NCBI RefSeq assembly: GCF_000181795.1
Contig: NW_003526941.1
Span: forward strand, 7,305,930-7,369,929
Length of the DNA stretch: 64,000 nt
Direction of reading: 5' to 3'
Source: Trichinella spiralis
Taxonomy: Eukaryota
The translations under genes were made by a program, and so were the position numbers. Shown one piece after another: positions 16,701-30,647 of this stretch. Below the pieces are notes generated by a model. It had not been told where the DNA came from. It searched no databases and saw nothing but the letters and a program-made list of their open reading frames with translations. Position 1 is the stretch's first letter. Each line of letters starts with the position of its first letter.

Positions 16701-18914
16701 TATTACTTTTCTCGTATAATGAATGTAATGAATGAAAATACGTCATAAGCATAACTAGCGAGCTGTATAGTTTGCTAATAATTTGAAATGTGACTCACTG
16801 AGCGATGTGCACTCTTCCATGTATTGCTTCTACTCTATAGTTGATTAGAGGTTTCTGGAAATTTTGAAAATTCTCAATTCAAAATTGTACCCATATTTTG
16901 TAAATAATGTTTACATTTAAACAATACAATGTGCAAAAATTTCCAACTACAATTACCAATTGTTCGATGAGTTCGCATGCAACGCTTCAATTGTTGATTC
17001 AAAATTAAGCTCAGTTGTAGAGGCTATTTTCTAAAATTTATTTCTTCCTTTCAGTTTCACTCTGCCGGTGCTGTTTGTTTGACTTGTTAAATGAAAATGT
17101 TTGAGCAATTTTTACATGATACCACAAAGATCATGTTATTCTGAGTGCATTACTATGTAAAATTTTTCAGAAGAGATTTCTTCAACAAATGGAATTCATA
17201 TTTAGGATAGATTCTTTCATCACAACTGTAAATTATAGTATTCACAACAGAGGATAAATAGAAAAAAAAACAAAAATGAAGAATTATTAATTATTATTAA
17301 AAAGCAAAATTTGCAACAAATCTGTAAAATCAATTCCGCTGTACTCATTACTAATTGATGACAATTTGTAAATTACCTTTTTTAAAATAATCAATGACAC
17401 TGCCATCGATCGAGATGAATCTTAATTTTGACAGCATCAGCAAAGGGGGTTGTTGGCATAAATAGATTTTTGCAGCCTTTGTGCAGTGGCAATTTCTGCT
17501 TGCGCTGCTGCTGCGGGTGATAGTGGTCAAGGCTGCGTAGAACATTGAACAACAAAACAGTTTGGATGGGAATATTTTCAACGTTACATAAATCTGAATA
17601 AAATTTCTCATTTGCCTCCAGCAGATGTACTAATTTGAAAATCACTGTTCTTGAAACTGAGATATTCTATTCCTGTCACACTATTCAACCATCTCCAAAC
17701 AATCATCTAATTGCGGAGAAAATCGATTCAAAATGATAGTGATGCAAATTTTCAACATTACTCATTATCACAATCATCATTCTTATCATTTCCTTTCGCC
17801 TTATTGAGTAACAAAATGAAAAACTCCAAAATTCACACATAAATTATTGTAAAGAATAATTATGACCATATTTTGTAAAATTGTTAGAATAATTTTTCAA
17901 ACAAAAAAAAGAAGCGAGCGTTCAAAAATTCAAATTTCCCATATAAACTGAATTACAACATTGCACGACAGCAATAATTTTTGCCCATGCTCTAAGGTAA
18001 ACTTATTATTGAACAGTTTGGTTGCAAATAGGATTTTTGTGTACAGAATTTTGAAAAGGATAATTCTGCTAGTTTCTCTTGTGTGGAAGAATTAAAATTT
18101 TCTCTATCTGCAGCACAGAAATAAGTTGTCAAACAATGCAGCTGGTCTAGTTGTGCAGCGTGCTGTGACAGTGACGTTGCATGGTCAGTTTGCGCAGAAA
18201 TGATGAAATTTCTTTTGCAAAACTATACAAATGATACATAAAGCTTGTGATCTATTCACATTTCAAGAATCATTTTCAACAAATATTATGATAATGATGA
18301 AAGAGAAAAAATTAAACAGAAATAAAAGTAAAATATTCATTCGTTCGTTTGAGATTGGAAATTTAATACTTTTCAATTGGGAAAAATGATCATAATTTCA
18401 CAGACAAAATTTGCCGAACACTAGCAATAAAATAACCATCACAAGTGGACATGATTAAATGTTGTTTTCCAATTGTACATGGAATTGAGTGAATAGGATG
18501 GAAAACCTTGAAATAGCATTAAATCAGGTCCCTCGTTAGAACGACCTTGCCAGTATTGCAAAAGCTGCTACAACACTCTGCTGCTTCACTGTCAATTGCA
18601 CGTCACGCATAAGTTAAAAGAAACATGCTCAGCAAGAAGTAGTAGTAGAAAACTACAAATTTCCTGGTCATTGAAAACGTTAGCATTGTTTATTGCCAGT
18701 TTATTGGGAATTTTGTTTTAAAATCAAATTGAAAAGGCCATTACTCTCTATTCTGGAAATGTTTTTTCCTTTTTGTCCCAAGAATCATTCTTTCTTTTTC
18801 CATTCACACAATTTTTTTTTGCTTTTGCATATATTTATCTTTCATCAGTAGGAAAAATCTAATACAGAAAAAAAACATAAATGGAATCCCCTTCCTTTTT
18901 CTTCACATTCAACG

Positions 18915-18970
18915 ATGATGCAATGTATCGTTGTATTGTTGCTGTTGTTGTCGTTCAGTGAATCCACCAC
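18915..18970 (+). CDS. Probable start of a secreted protein (signal peptide), truncated by an assembly gap
   Basis: MMQCIVVLLLLLSFSEST: hydrophobic core plus a small-residue cleavage region, ending at the N-gap 18971-18980. Confidence 0.4.
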
Positions 18971-18980
18971 NNNNNNNNNN

Positions 18981-21871
18981 TTGCAGGTAGAGTTGCGTTC
19001 ATTGCAGCTGAATCACGACGTGATCAAGAAAGAGAACGTCGAATTGCAAAATCAGTGCGACAATTGGGAAAGGGGCGCGGCGTTGGCTCGACGCGGTTTC
19101 GAAGAGCTGCAGAAACAGCATCGTCTATTGCTTGACGATCACGAGCATTTGCAAGCGTTGCACGAGCAATTGGGACGAGATTACGAACGTCTGTGCAACG
19201 ATGTCCGACAATTCAAAGTCCAATTGAAGCAGGCTCGTCTGGAAAAAGCCGAACAAGCAACCCGGTTGGAACAATTGACCGAAGAAAATAGTCGACTGGT
19301 TCGACTGGGAGCCTCGGAACGCCAACGTGACGAACAGCAGCAGCAACGTGAATGCAGACTGCTGGCCAGTTTGCAGAGCGAGCATGGTCAGTTGAAGAAA
19401 GCTCACGACGAGCTGAACGGTCGGCTGGAAGTGACCAGTCGAGAATTGGAAACGAGCCGAGCACAGAATCGTATACTTCGAGCCCAGGCGAACGCTGCCC
19501 AACTCCAGTTGGCCCAACAGCAGGGAAAATGCGACGACGTGGACGAGGCACGTCGTCGTGTGGAACTTGAGCTCGCCAAGGCGGAACATCGCTGTGAGAC
19601 GTTAACTCGGATGAATGAAAATTTGGAAGAAGAACGACGCAACTTGTTGAGGCAGCTCGACTCGCTCATTTCGCAGCACCAAGGTTTGCTCAAGCAGACT
19701 TTGCTCGAAAAGGATCACCACCATGCCGAAGAGAAGCAATTACAGTAATTGTTCTTCTTCCTATTGCAATTGTCATCGGTGGGATCGTTCATCTCCTCGT
19801 TCTAGGGATCAATTGTACAAGTTGCAAAGTCACAAAGAGAAACTCGAGGAAAAAATTATGCAACAGTACAAAACCATCACTCCGAACAGTAAGCGCAAAG
19901 ATCGATCGGCGTTTGTCAAACGTGCTGCCAAAGCGTTCCTTATGCCCCGGGTAAGCATGGATTATTACTTTTGGTTGTCGTTTTGATCTGATTTGTCGGC
20001 ATCTCATATCCATCTCAATTCAAGGCATCGACAAGGAAGAACAACAGTAACAAAGTCCGTGAAAGTTCGGCAGAGGAAAGTGCCATGTCGGCGGATGAAA
20101 GTGGATTTTTTGGTAATTTCAGCAGAACCTCATCGAGTAGTAGAAAAAAATACTGCACGTTACCCAAATCGGCCAAACTTGCCTCGCGGTCGCCTGGCAA
20201 GACGGCTTTCAGCCCCTTGCTGACTAATCGTAAGACTTTGCCGGACAGTTCCCCTTCTTCGGCTAGTGATTCAGTGCAACTGTTGTCATTTTTCGATCAC
20301 AATCAACTCGAATCAGAAGTTCCCCAACAACATACGGTCGGCATTACTCTCAACGCCGTTCGACACTTGCCTGCCCAGTGATCAGCACAACTAACTCAGT
20401 TTGCTTTTCACATGCAAATGACAAACTTTTCTTGCACCAACAATTAACACATTTCATCATCACACTCATTCACTCACACTCACACACACACACACATATA
20501 TATATATTGTATGTTGAATTACTTGTGTTGCATGAGTCGTTCGTTTTGCACATTTGATTTCAAAGTATCGAATAAAAAATAACCACGCCCATTACCATTA
20601 CTACTATTATCACTGTTTGGGTCGAAACAGAAAAGAAAACTTGGGTTGTGGTTGTGTTTCCATTGTCCATTGGAATTAATGTTCCACTGAACGTTCGTAC
20701 AGTTGAAATTAACACTTGCAATGCCGACCAGTGTGTCTGCCTGTGTGCATGGGTAAAAAGGATGATGATGGGGGCAAATTATGCATGCGTGTTGCAATCA
20801 ATCAACAGTGAAAAATACTGTTCTTCTGTAAATGCTCAGAAGCTGTGCTTAGAAGACAAAACAGAGGATGAATTTGACTGTAATTTAGGGGAAAAAATAA
20901 AAATGCATCACTCGAGATCAAACAGCGGATCTACCCAACAAAGTTCCAGCCTGAGCAGTGATTCGGTCGTAGCGGCATCTCTAGCCGCACGTCAACGAGG
21001 ATGGTCCTCTCGTTGGCCTGGAGATAGAGTCAGTTTCAGTGGTTCAGAAAGAGCGGTCGACGTGCCGAACGATCCAATGAGCAGTCAGTCTACTGTTCAC
21101 AAGGGCTCACTTCCATCACCGGCCACTGCCATGCAACCCCGTACGCCGCCGCCGTATCGGTGCGCAGTGCAGCGCCGAGACACGTTGGCCGCTTCGCCGC
21201 TTCGGGCTGTGCCCAGTCTGTTGGCCAATGGTCATTTAGGTCGTCTTCCGCCTCCTTATCCGGGCAAAAAAGCCGCCCCGTGCACAGCGGAAAGCAGCAA
21301 CTTGCTTTGCAGTCGAACTGCACTGGAACAAAGCGTGGCGCAATTGCAACGGGATCTCGGCTTGCCGAGTTCAAAAATACCGAACCATTCAAATGTACAA
21401 AACGGTGCTAATGATAATAACAACAGTGATAACAATACTGTTACCAGTGTTGCGGATGAGTTGTTTTCCAACTTGTCTTCGGTGTCGTCAATTTTTGCCC
21501 CTCCAAAAGCATCTACACCAAAATCGGATGACAACAACAGCAGCGCAACGTCGAGCTCAGCAATGGCACCCCTTCATCCAGGCAACAATTCACTGGTCAG
21601 CAGTGAACCATCGTCCAACGGTTCAGTGGCCGCGCAAGTGGATACTGACGTGACGCCGAAACGGCGCCCACTGACCACCACCAGACAAGCGGTCCGTAGC
21701 ATTTACGACAACGTACCGACGACCAGTGGTAATGATCAACCGAATCAAAAATCTGCAGCGCAGCTCGAAGAAGATGAAGACAGTTCAATTGAAAAAACCC
21801 TGACAGAATTACTGCGCGACTGTAAAACTGAACACGAAAACGCAGTATGGTTCGAATATGGATGTGTTTAA
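18981..21871 (+). CDS. grdn-1: Girdin/Daple (CCDC88 family), 3' part; exons 18981-19744, 19806-19950, 20025-20112, 20889-21871
   Basis: Long coiled coil, the family signature HKEKLEEKIMQQYK, a disordered Ser/Pro-rich tail and the C-terminal PDZ-binding motif VWFEYGCV (Daple ends WYEYGCV). Splice phases are consistent. Confidence 0.9.
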
Positions 21872-22944
21872 ATTTTATTTAAATTTTGTATTTTTTCCGC
21901 CGTATTTATATGTTTCAACTTCTTAAAAATGACTACTTTCAAAGAAAATTTGTTTTCCCACTGTTCGCATTAGTCAAATTACCGGTCGTTTTTTTTACAA
22001 CACAACAACGACTAGCGTGAAAGTTTTGAATGAGAAAAATTTTCACCTTCCTAGTCGAACGTTTTCACACGCCTACTATTTCAGCAGCAGAATTTCAGCG
22101 CATAAAAAACTGCTCAAGATTCAAAAGTTTTTCAATGCACAACGATCATTTCCACACAATACAAATTTCAAATCTATACTATTTTCGTATCTGAGGGAAA
22201 ACCGGTTTGAAAAGTACTATCAACTATAGAAGAACAGTAATTTTCCCGCCTCTTTTTCACCCAAACTAACAAACCAGTTTTGATCAACGTGAAAAATTAA
22301 AAAGTTCAGCAGTGCTCAAATTTTTTTAAAGTTAAAATCTGACGAAGATGATATTCAAATTGGAAAATGAACCCGAATAAGAAATAATTTGAAAAATAAA
22401 ACTTTCCTCACCTCGTTTAGGAGAAACGAAGCGTTGCATTTTCAGCAGTGTTGGCTTTTTCAGTAGTTAGTTATTTTCATTGCATTTTGAATTCATTTGA
22501 ATTTCACCAACCAGCTAGCTGCTGCATTTGTCGATTTCATGCATAATATATTGAAATACCACTGAAAATGTCGATTTCAACGTTGTTTGATTTTGTACAG
22601 AATTTCCATTCAAAAATAAATTTATTAAGACGTAACTGAAATAGATTTTTCGAGTTCACAAGTGAAAGTAAAAATAACAAACGTAAAAAAGCGTATTCGA
22701 CTAATAATTAAAAAAGGAAACTGAAAAATTCAGCAAAACATGGTGCCATCACAGAAAGCTTACTTTTTGAATAAACGCACGTCGGTGAAAATTTCAACAA
22801 GTGTAACCACAAAACTCGAGACACCACCCACCACTCTCTTCGACCATTTGAAGACTGTATGATTTGGCAGGGTACTGTAGAACTTGATTTCTTTTTGTTA
22901 CAGTATTTCTTGAATTAAGACCCATCATCGCACACATTATTCTG

Positions 22945-24433
22945 ATGTACGAATGTTATATTTTATTTGTTTTACTTATTTTTTTGATTTCAAAATTTGC
23001 AATGATGGATTGCAATTTCATTCTTTTCATTTACGATCTTCTTACACCGCAAAAAGGTGGTTTTTGTAGTTATTTTTTGTCTCGTTTTTCAATTAAATGT
23101 TTTTTTTTTGTTTTTAGACGCTTATTATAAAAATTCTGTTGTTTGGATAATTGGAAACAGTGGTGGAATAAGTGAACAAATTGCTTGTCACTTGGCAAAA
23201 TACAAGGCTCGTAAGCTGATACTGTCCGCGGGCCATGTGAAATCGCTTACATTTATAAAGCAGAAATGTTTAGGTGAAATATTTTTATTTTGAAATGAAA
23301 TAGTTAAGATTGAACTGTAAATTATCAATTTCTTCCGAATCATGACAGACACAGTTTTAAATGAAATGTAAGGGCAATTTAAAATAGTTCTAATTAAGCT
23401 TGGCTATTTTAGAAATCAACAAAAACTGGAATGAATTCAGTATATTACTATTACCATTTGATTTGACCATAACTTCCACTCACGCTACAATCGTACGTAC
23501 AGCTATGCAATGGGCAAATAATGTTTGTTGAATTGTCACAAAGTTTGTCTGGTTATAATTTTTTTTTCATAATTTTTACAGAAGATTCATGTCGTCATAT
23601 ACAACGCCGGGCTATGTCAACGAGCCGTATGGCACGATATTGAACCGGAGGCGGATATTAAATGCTTCAAAGTGAATGCTCTTGGTCAGACAAATATAGC
23701 TCGTCATATTGTTCGTCATTTGGAAAGATCGGCACCAATAGGAACAAAAAATATCAGTCTCCCTATTCGATTTATCGTTGTAAGCAGTCTTGCTGGTATA
23801 ATGGGTAATCAATTGAAACAGAAGAACTAATTATAACGCAGAAATGGAAAAGATTTTTCCTGTAACGAATATTATTTAGGGGTATCACCACCATTCTCTG
23901 CTTCTTACAATGCAGCAAAGCTCGCTTTGACAGTAAATGCTAATATTCGATTTTGAAATGTAAAATTATAATATTCATCAAATTACCTGTTTTCAACGCC
24001 AGAGCTATTTTCGGTCGTTACAAGGCGAATTCTCCAAGTGTGGAGGCATCAAAGTTGTCATTTGTGGTGTGAATTTGTTGCATCCGCTGGAAAATTCGAC
24101 AACAGCTATCACTGGTGATAGTCCCAATCGGGTAACGACATGATTGTCAGTGCTTGTAATTCATACAATTTATATGCATTTCTTTCAGTTGTATGGTGAA
24201 GAGATGCAGAAAATTTCTTGGCATTTAACAGCCGAGAGATGTTCAGAATTAATCCTGCTGGCCGGTTCGAAAGCCGTGTCTGAATGTTGGATTGAAAGGC
24301 AGCAGGCAATTTTCTACTTAACTGCCTGTTATCCACCACTGGCGAGATGGTTTATTTCACTGACAATTTTGCCTTTCATCCATTGTCTTCATTTATTTTC
24401 AGGATAATACGTAAACAGTTGATGAATCGCTGA
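22945..24433 (+). CDS. DHRS7-like short-chain dehydrogenase/reductase, 8 exons (copy 1)
   Basis: N-terminal membrane anchor, VVWIIGNSGGISEQIA (Rossmann fold), YNAG, VSSLAG and catalytic YNAAK. Exons 22945-23056, 23118-23273, 23413-23522, 23582-23804, 23880-23932, 24003-24131, 24189-24349, 24403-24433, all GT-AG. Confidence 0.85.
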
Positions 24434-24635
24434 GAGAGGAGGAACAACGTACGCAAGTGCAGTGAAAGTGAAAAAAATGGTGTTACTATCGATGGTATCC
24501 GTTTCTCTACTTTCTAGTCATTTCCCAACGTTCACTATTATTCACTGCTGTCGAAATACGAAAATACCGCAAAACATTTTCATTCAAAAATATTAATTTT
24601 CAATAGCGAACAACAAAAAGAAAATAAGGATGCCA

Positions 24636-24666
<31 letters not shown>

Positions 24667-24854
24667 AACATAACTGTTGGAATGAAGTAAAGAAAAAAAA
24701 AAGACTTCTAATCTTCGGTAGTTGTTGTTGTTGAATTGAATTTCACTTTCTTCGTCTCACATTTTGTCATGTTGCTTGATTGAGTGAAAATATTAACAAA
24801 TTATAATCAACATACTGTTGCTGCTGTTTCCTCTGATAACTTCATCCCTACCTC

Positions 24855-26515
24855 TCATTCATTCACTCTGAACGAATGTAAAATTGCCTTGATCGATGTA
24901 ATGGTACCAGTTAAAAGGCCGACCATTCCGAAAAGGCAGATTAGCAAATTTCCAAAGACGAGCAATTGCCATCGACGATTGTGCACACTGCCACGGTATT
25001 CACATAAAATTTCAATGATGGGTGGAAAAATGAACGTCAACGCAGACGTAGTCAACGCACCGACCAGTGAAATGAACAATCCAAGATGGGGTACCAGTTC
25101 GGCGAAAGTAACTGCAAAAATGAAAAAAAATTAAGTTGAAATATAAATTGCTCATTTCAACATTTCAATACAAGTGATCAAAACGAGCGTATAGCGGATG
25201 GCGTATTCAGCTGCTAAACGCAGACCAGGCCTGTCGATGATTTGTTGCAGTTTCAATATGACAATGTCCATCGGTACGTAAAATTGCATCGGATAGGATA
25301 TGCTGACAACAAATGAAACCATCAGTTTCACTGCTTTGTACAATCTATTGAAGTGAAAAGTAGAAATTTGAGAATAACAAAAAAAAATATTCCAAGAAAA
25401 CGACTGAAATCTTACGGTTCATCTTTTGGCAAATTCAGCGTTATACTTCCAGCAACGTCGGATCCGAATCGGATGTAGCCGTAAAAACCGACTGCAATGT
25501 ATAAAATGGTCGACAACGCGCAGCTTGTGTTCAAAATGCCATTCCAAGCATTCATAGATTTTGGAAATTTCGTCTTGTTTTCAATTGGTAAAATCTGAAA
25601 CATTCATTACATGCTATCATTAATTACAGTGTTGCAACAAAGTGCAAACATTGCACAATTGCATTGTTATACCGTTCCAGCGGCAGAAAAGGCGAACATC
25701 AACGAGCCGAACGCCAGAGGCAATCGATCTAAGCTTTGTATGCTTGGCAGTCGTCTCCAAGATGGCAATTCTTGGAAAATGTATTGAAATGTGATCACAA
25801 AAGCCACACAATAAACCAAATTTGCCAACGTCGACGGTATGGCTAAATATTTCAGATGACGAATAGAGCACAATGCCAAAAACAGCGGTAGCAGAAAGGC
25901 CATATACGTGGCTAAGGAAAATGTATTCTGCACTTCTACAGTCTTAATAGAATTAATGAACGATATGAATTTATTGAAATGGTTTCTTCTATTAGAAATT
26001 TCACCTACCTGTTTGATATGCTCGGCAATAAAAACAAAATATACCGAACACATACCAAGCTGAGAAAAAGCTAAAGAAATATTGACAAGAAATTTTGCAT
26101 GGCGTTTAAATCGTCTCAGCGGTTTTGGACCATGAAATACGGATAATTCAGCCAAAGTGCCATAATCAACTGCCGCTCTGCCGGATCTAATTTATACAAA
26201 GTTTAACAGTTCAACTTTATCATTTTTCTATCTATTGCAAATTATTACGATTACAATAACAATAACAGGCAAATGTAATGTGCTTACCGCAAGCACATCA
26301 TCTGTGATGTGCGAACTAATATACGTAGACAGCAAAGGTTGATGATCACAGTAAATATGAGGAAAATCAAGCCAAACTGAAATAAATGTCCGGTTAATTA
26401 ATAATTAATTAATAACAGAGCAAGCACTATGCGCATGTGATCTAAATATTGAATAAATTTAACAAGCTATCATATCATTAATCAAGAATATTATTACTGC
26501 AAATGCAATACCAGT

Positions 26516-26561
<46 letters not shown>

Positions 26562-27736
26562 GCAGAGTATTGTTTCAGGCAGGTGTATTTTTTCCATTGA
26601 TTTTTTAAAATTCAATTTTGAACTAGTTTCTAAAATATACTTTACAATCCAATTTCACATGTTACAAAGTAATATTAAAATTGAATAAACTTTATACAGA
26701 TACATAATGGAAAATGTTTCTTTCTTTATTGCTTCAATGAAGAAAGCATTTCAGCATCTCAAAAATGCAAAAAATGTTTGCCATATGATACAATAATAAT
26801 AAGAATATTTTCACTTTGGTATAAAAATAAATATCATAAGAAAACAGAAAACAACATTACCATAAGCAATGATAAGAAATAGCAGGGCAGGAAGATTGAA
26901 TGAAAATGTACTTACCCACAGACCAGCGTTGGAAAAAGCTTCAGGTACAGCTAAAACGCCGGTACCGACAGTTGATTTGATCAAATTCGTCAAAGCTTGA
27001 TCATCGCTAAAAGTAAACATAAAAATAGTAATAATAATAATAACCAAAGGAAAAAAGCATCAATGAGCCCACCTTAAGCCATAAGTAAAAGTGGAGCGTT
27101 GTTCATTCAACCACTTGAAAATTTCTTCCTCATTTTGCACAGCATTGTCGTCGTCAATTTTCAGCTTTTCGCAATTTTTATTGTCATTTGATTTTTTCAC
27201 TTCGGATAGTGAGAATTGTTCAATAACTAAAAAACAATCATTAAACAACTGCGTGTCGAACAATCAAAGTAAAATATATTAATATTATAACAGCGAAATG
27301 AATAATGATAATATGCTTTGAAAAAAAATGCAAATTTTCAAACATTTCACAATTAGTATTACCTCGATTCATTCAGAAGAATAACTCTGACGACAACTTA
27401 TGCATGCATATGTGTAATATATAGACAACAGCAACAACAAAAATAACAGCCGGTAGCATAAAACTAGAAAACTTTGACGAGGTAATTCACAGAACTGAAA
27501 TCATTTTTTAAAATAAAAATGACAGTTTCTCATTGACAACTTCCTGTATGAAAAACTACAACGGTGAAAAAATTTGACTCTGACAATAATTTCTGCATTT
27601 CCATAGAAAAAACACAAAGTATATTTTACTTACTATTGATAATTAATTAAAATTTAAAAAAATGCAAAGAATATTAATAATAACATACTTTTGTTTTGCA
27701 AAGAAGACGATTCGGCTGAATCATAATCATCATCAT
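24855..27736 (-). CDS. SLC36/PAT proton-coupled amino acid transporter (copy 1; first coding exon missing beyond the contig end at 28279)
   Basis: ALTNLIKSTVGTGVLAVPEAFSNAGLW, SQLGMCSVYFVFIAEH, LPLAFGSLMFAF, LPIENK, GFYGYIRFG, SITLNLP, SYPMQFYVP, FISLVGA. Confidence 0.88.
26521..26558. repeat. (TA)n microsatellite in an SLC36 intron; shorter allele at ~32314-32332
   Basis: Perfect TA run whose length differs between the two copies. Confidence 0.9.
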
Positions 27737-28746
27737 CTAAAGTTGATGAATATTTCAATAGTTGTACTGATTTCATTGTGACGATAAATCGTGACGCTAA
27801 ATTTGAAATTATTATTATTGTTATTGACATCCAATTGGATATTCAAAATTGCTTTCATAACATAAATATGCAAAAGATATAATTTAGAAAATAAATTAAT
27901 ACTACTACTACTACTACTACTACTAATAGAATAACAAAAATGTGCCTGTGCAGTTATTACTTGACAATTATCGACCGTTTTCAAGTTGAACATGCAGAAC
28001 CAACTGCAACGCACAGCAGCACTGTTTCTGAACAAAGCAGCATCCAAGCTTTGTTTACAAAGTCTTCGGCAAGAAAGCTTTTGGTAGCAAACAATGCGAT
28101 ATAATGTACAATTTTAACTGTTTGTTATAAATTTTGCTTGCTTGCTTTGCAGATTTAATAGCTGAAGAGCTCTTAGTATTATTATTGTCTGCAATGCAAT
28201 GCAACCAGCTGCCGTAGTTATTACTGTTTACACTAAAAAAACCAATTAAATCATCACAAACATAAAAATTAAAAAAAAANNNNNNNNNNTTTTCAGTAGT
28301 AGTATTTCATGCATTTGAATCATTGATTCACCACCAGCTAGCTGCTGCATTGTGATTCATGCATAATATTTGAATACCACGAAAATTCGATTCACGTTGT
28401 TTGATTTGTCCAAATTCCATAAAAATAAATTTTTAAGAGTACGGAAATTGATTTTTCGAGTTCCCAGGGAAAGTAAAAATACCAAACGTAAAAAAGCGTT
28501 TAATTAATTTAAAAAAAGGAAACTGGAAAAATTCAGCAAACATGGTGCCATCACAGAAAGCTTACTTTTTGAATAAACGCACGTCGGTGAAAATTTCAAC
28601 AAGTGTAACCACAAAACTCGAGACACCACCCACCACTCTCTTCGACCATTTGAAGACTGTATGATTTGGCAGGGTACTGTAGAACTTGATTTCTTTTTGT
28701 TACAGTATTTCTTGAATTAAGACCCATCATCGCACACATTATTCTG

Positions 28747-30234
28747 ATGTACGAATGTTATATTTTATTTGTTTTACTTATTTTTTTGATTTCAAAATTT
28801 GCAATGATGGATTGCAATTTCATTCTTTTCATTTACGATCTTCTTACACCGCAAAAAGGTGGTTTTTGTAGTTATTTTTTGTCTCGTTTTTCAATTAAAT
28901 GTTTTTTTTTTGTTTTTAGACGCTTATTATAAAAATTCTGTTGTTTGGATAATTGGAAACAGTGGTGGAATAAGTGAACAAATTGCTTGTCACTTGGCAA
29001 AATACAAGGCTCGTAAGCTGATACTGTCCGCGGGCCATGTGAAATCGCTTACATTTATAAAGCAGAAATGTTTAGGTGAAATATTTTTATTTTGAAATGA
29101 AATAGTTAAGATTGAACTGTAAATTATCAATTTCTTCCGAATCATGACAGACACAGTTGTAAATGAAATGTAAGGGCATTTTAAAATAGTTCTAATTAAG
29201 CTTGGCTATTTTAGAAATCAACAAAAACTGGAATGAATTCAGTATATTACTATTACCATTTGATTTGACCATAACTTCCACTCACGCTACAATCGTACGT
29301 ACAGCTATGCAATGGGCAAATAATGTTTGTTGAATTGTCACAAAGTTTGTCTGGTTATAATTTTTTTTCATAATTTTTACAGAAGATTCATGTCGTCATA
29401 TACAACGCCGGGCTATGTCAACGAGCCGTATGGCACGATATTGAACCGGAGGCGGATATTAAATGCTTCAAAGTGAATGCTCTTGGTCAGACAAATATAG
29501 CTCGTCATATTGTTCGTCATTTGGAAAGATCGGCACCAATAGGAACAAAAAATATCAGTCTCCCTATTCGATTTATCGTTGTAAGCAGTCTTGCTGGTAT
29601 AATGGGTAATCAATTGAAACAGAAGAACTAATTATAACGCAGAAATGGAAAAGATTTTTCCTGTAACGAATATTATTTAGGGGTATCACCACCATTCTCT
29701 GCTTCTTACAATGCAGCAAAGCTCGCTTTGACAGTAAATGCTAATATTCGATTTTGAAATGTAAAATTATAATATTCATCAAATTACCTGTTTTCAACGT
29801 CAGAGCTATTTTCGGTCGTTACAAGGCGAATTCTCCAAGTGTGGAGGCATCAAAGTTGTCATTTGTGGTCTGAATTTGTTGCATCCGCTGGAAAATTCGA
29901 CAACAGCTATCACTGGTGATAGTCCCAATCGGGTAACGACATGATTGTCAGTGCTTGTAATTCACACAATTTATATGCATTTCTTTCAGTTGTATGGTGA
30001 AGAGATGCAGAAAATTTCATGGCATTTAACAGCCGAGAGATGTTCAGAATTAATCCTGCTGGCCGGTTCGAAAGCCGTGTCTGAATGTTGGATTGAAAGG
30101 CAGCAGGCAATTTTCTACTTAACTGCCTGTTATCCACCACTGGCGAGATGGTTTATTTCACTGACAATTTTGCCTTTCATCCATTGTCTTCATTTATTTT
30201 CAGGATAATACGTAAACAGTTGATGAATCGCTGA
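28747..30234 (+). CDS. DHRS7-like SDR (copy 2, probable alternate haplotype)
   Basis: Near-identical to 22945-24433 with the same exon structure; one V>L change (CGVNL vs CGLNL) and a few silent changes. Confidence 0.85.
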
Positions 30235-30647
30235 GAGAGGAGGAAGAACGTACGCAAGTGCAGTGAAAGTGAAAAAAATGGTGTTACTATCGATGGTATC
30301 CGTTTCTCTACTTTCTAGTCATTTCCCAACGTTCACTATTATTCACTGCTGTCGAAATACGAAAATACCGCAAAACATTTTCATTCAAAAATATTAATTT
30401 TCAATAGCGAACAACAAAAAGAAAATAAGGATGCCAATAATAATAATAATAATGATAATGGAACATAACTGTTGGAATGAAGTAAAGAAAAAAAAGACTT
30501 CTAATCTTCGGTAGTTGTTGTTGTTGAATTGAATTTCACTTTCTTCGTCTCACATTTTGTCATGTTGCTTGATTGAGTGAAAATATTAACAAATTATAAT
30601 CAACATACTGTTGCTGCTGTTTCCTCTGATAACTTCATCCCTACCTC

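Noticed and set aside
19125..19693. Antisense ORFs over Girdin (and similar ones over papilin, ThrRS and Rab exons)
   Set aside because: Shadow ORFs of GC-richer coding exons, with no independent motifs.
18915..19748. 277-aa ORF that looks like a secreted coiled-coil protein
   Set aside because: Chimera across the 10-N gap. The real sequence upstream of 18981 is at 49714-49749, so the signal peptide belongs to a different gene.
20648..20888. N-terminal 80 aa of the 407-aa ORF (also 44812-45052)
   Set aside because: Intronic read-through upstream of the acceptor at 20889; the ORF is the last Girdin exon, not a separate gene.
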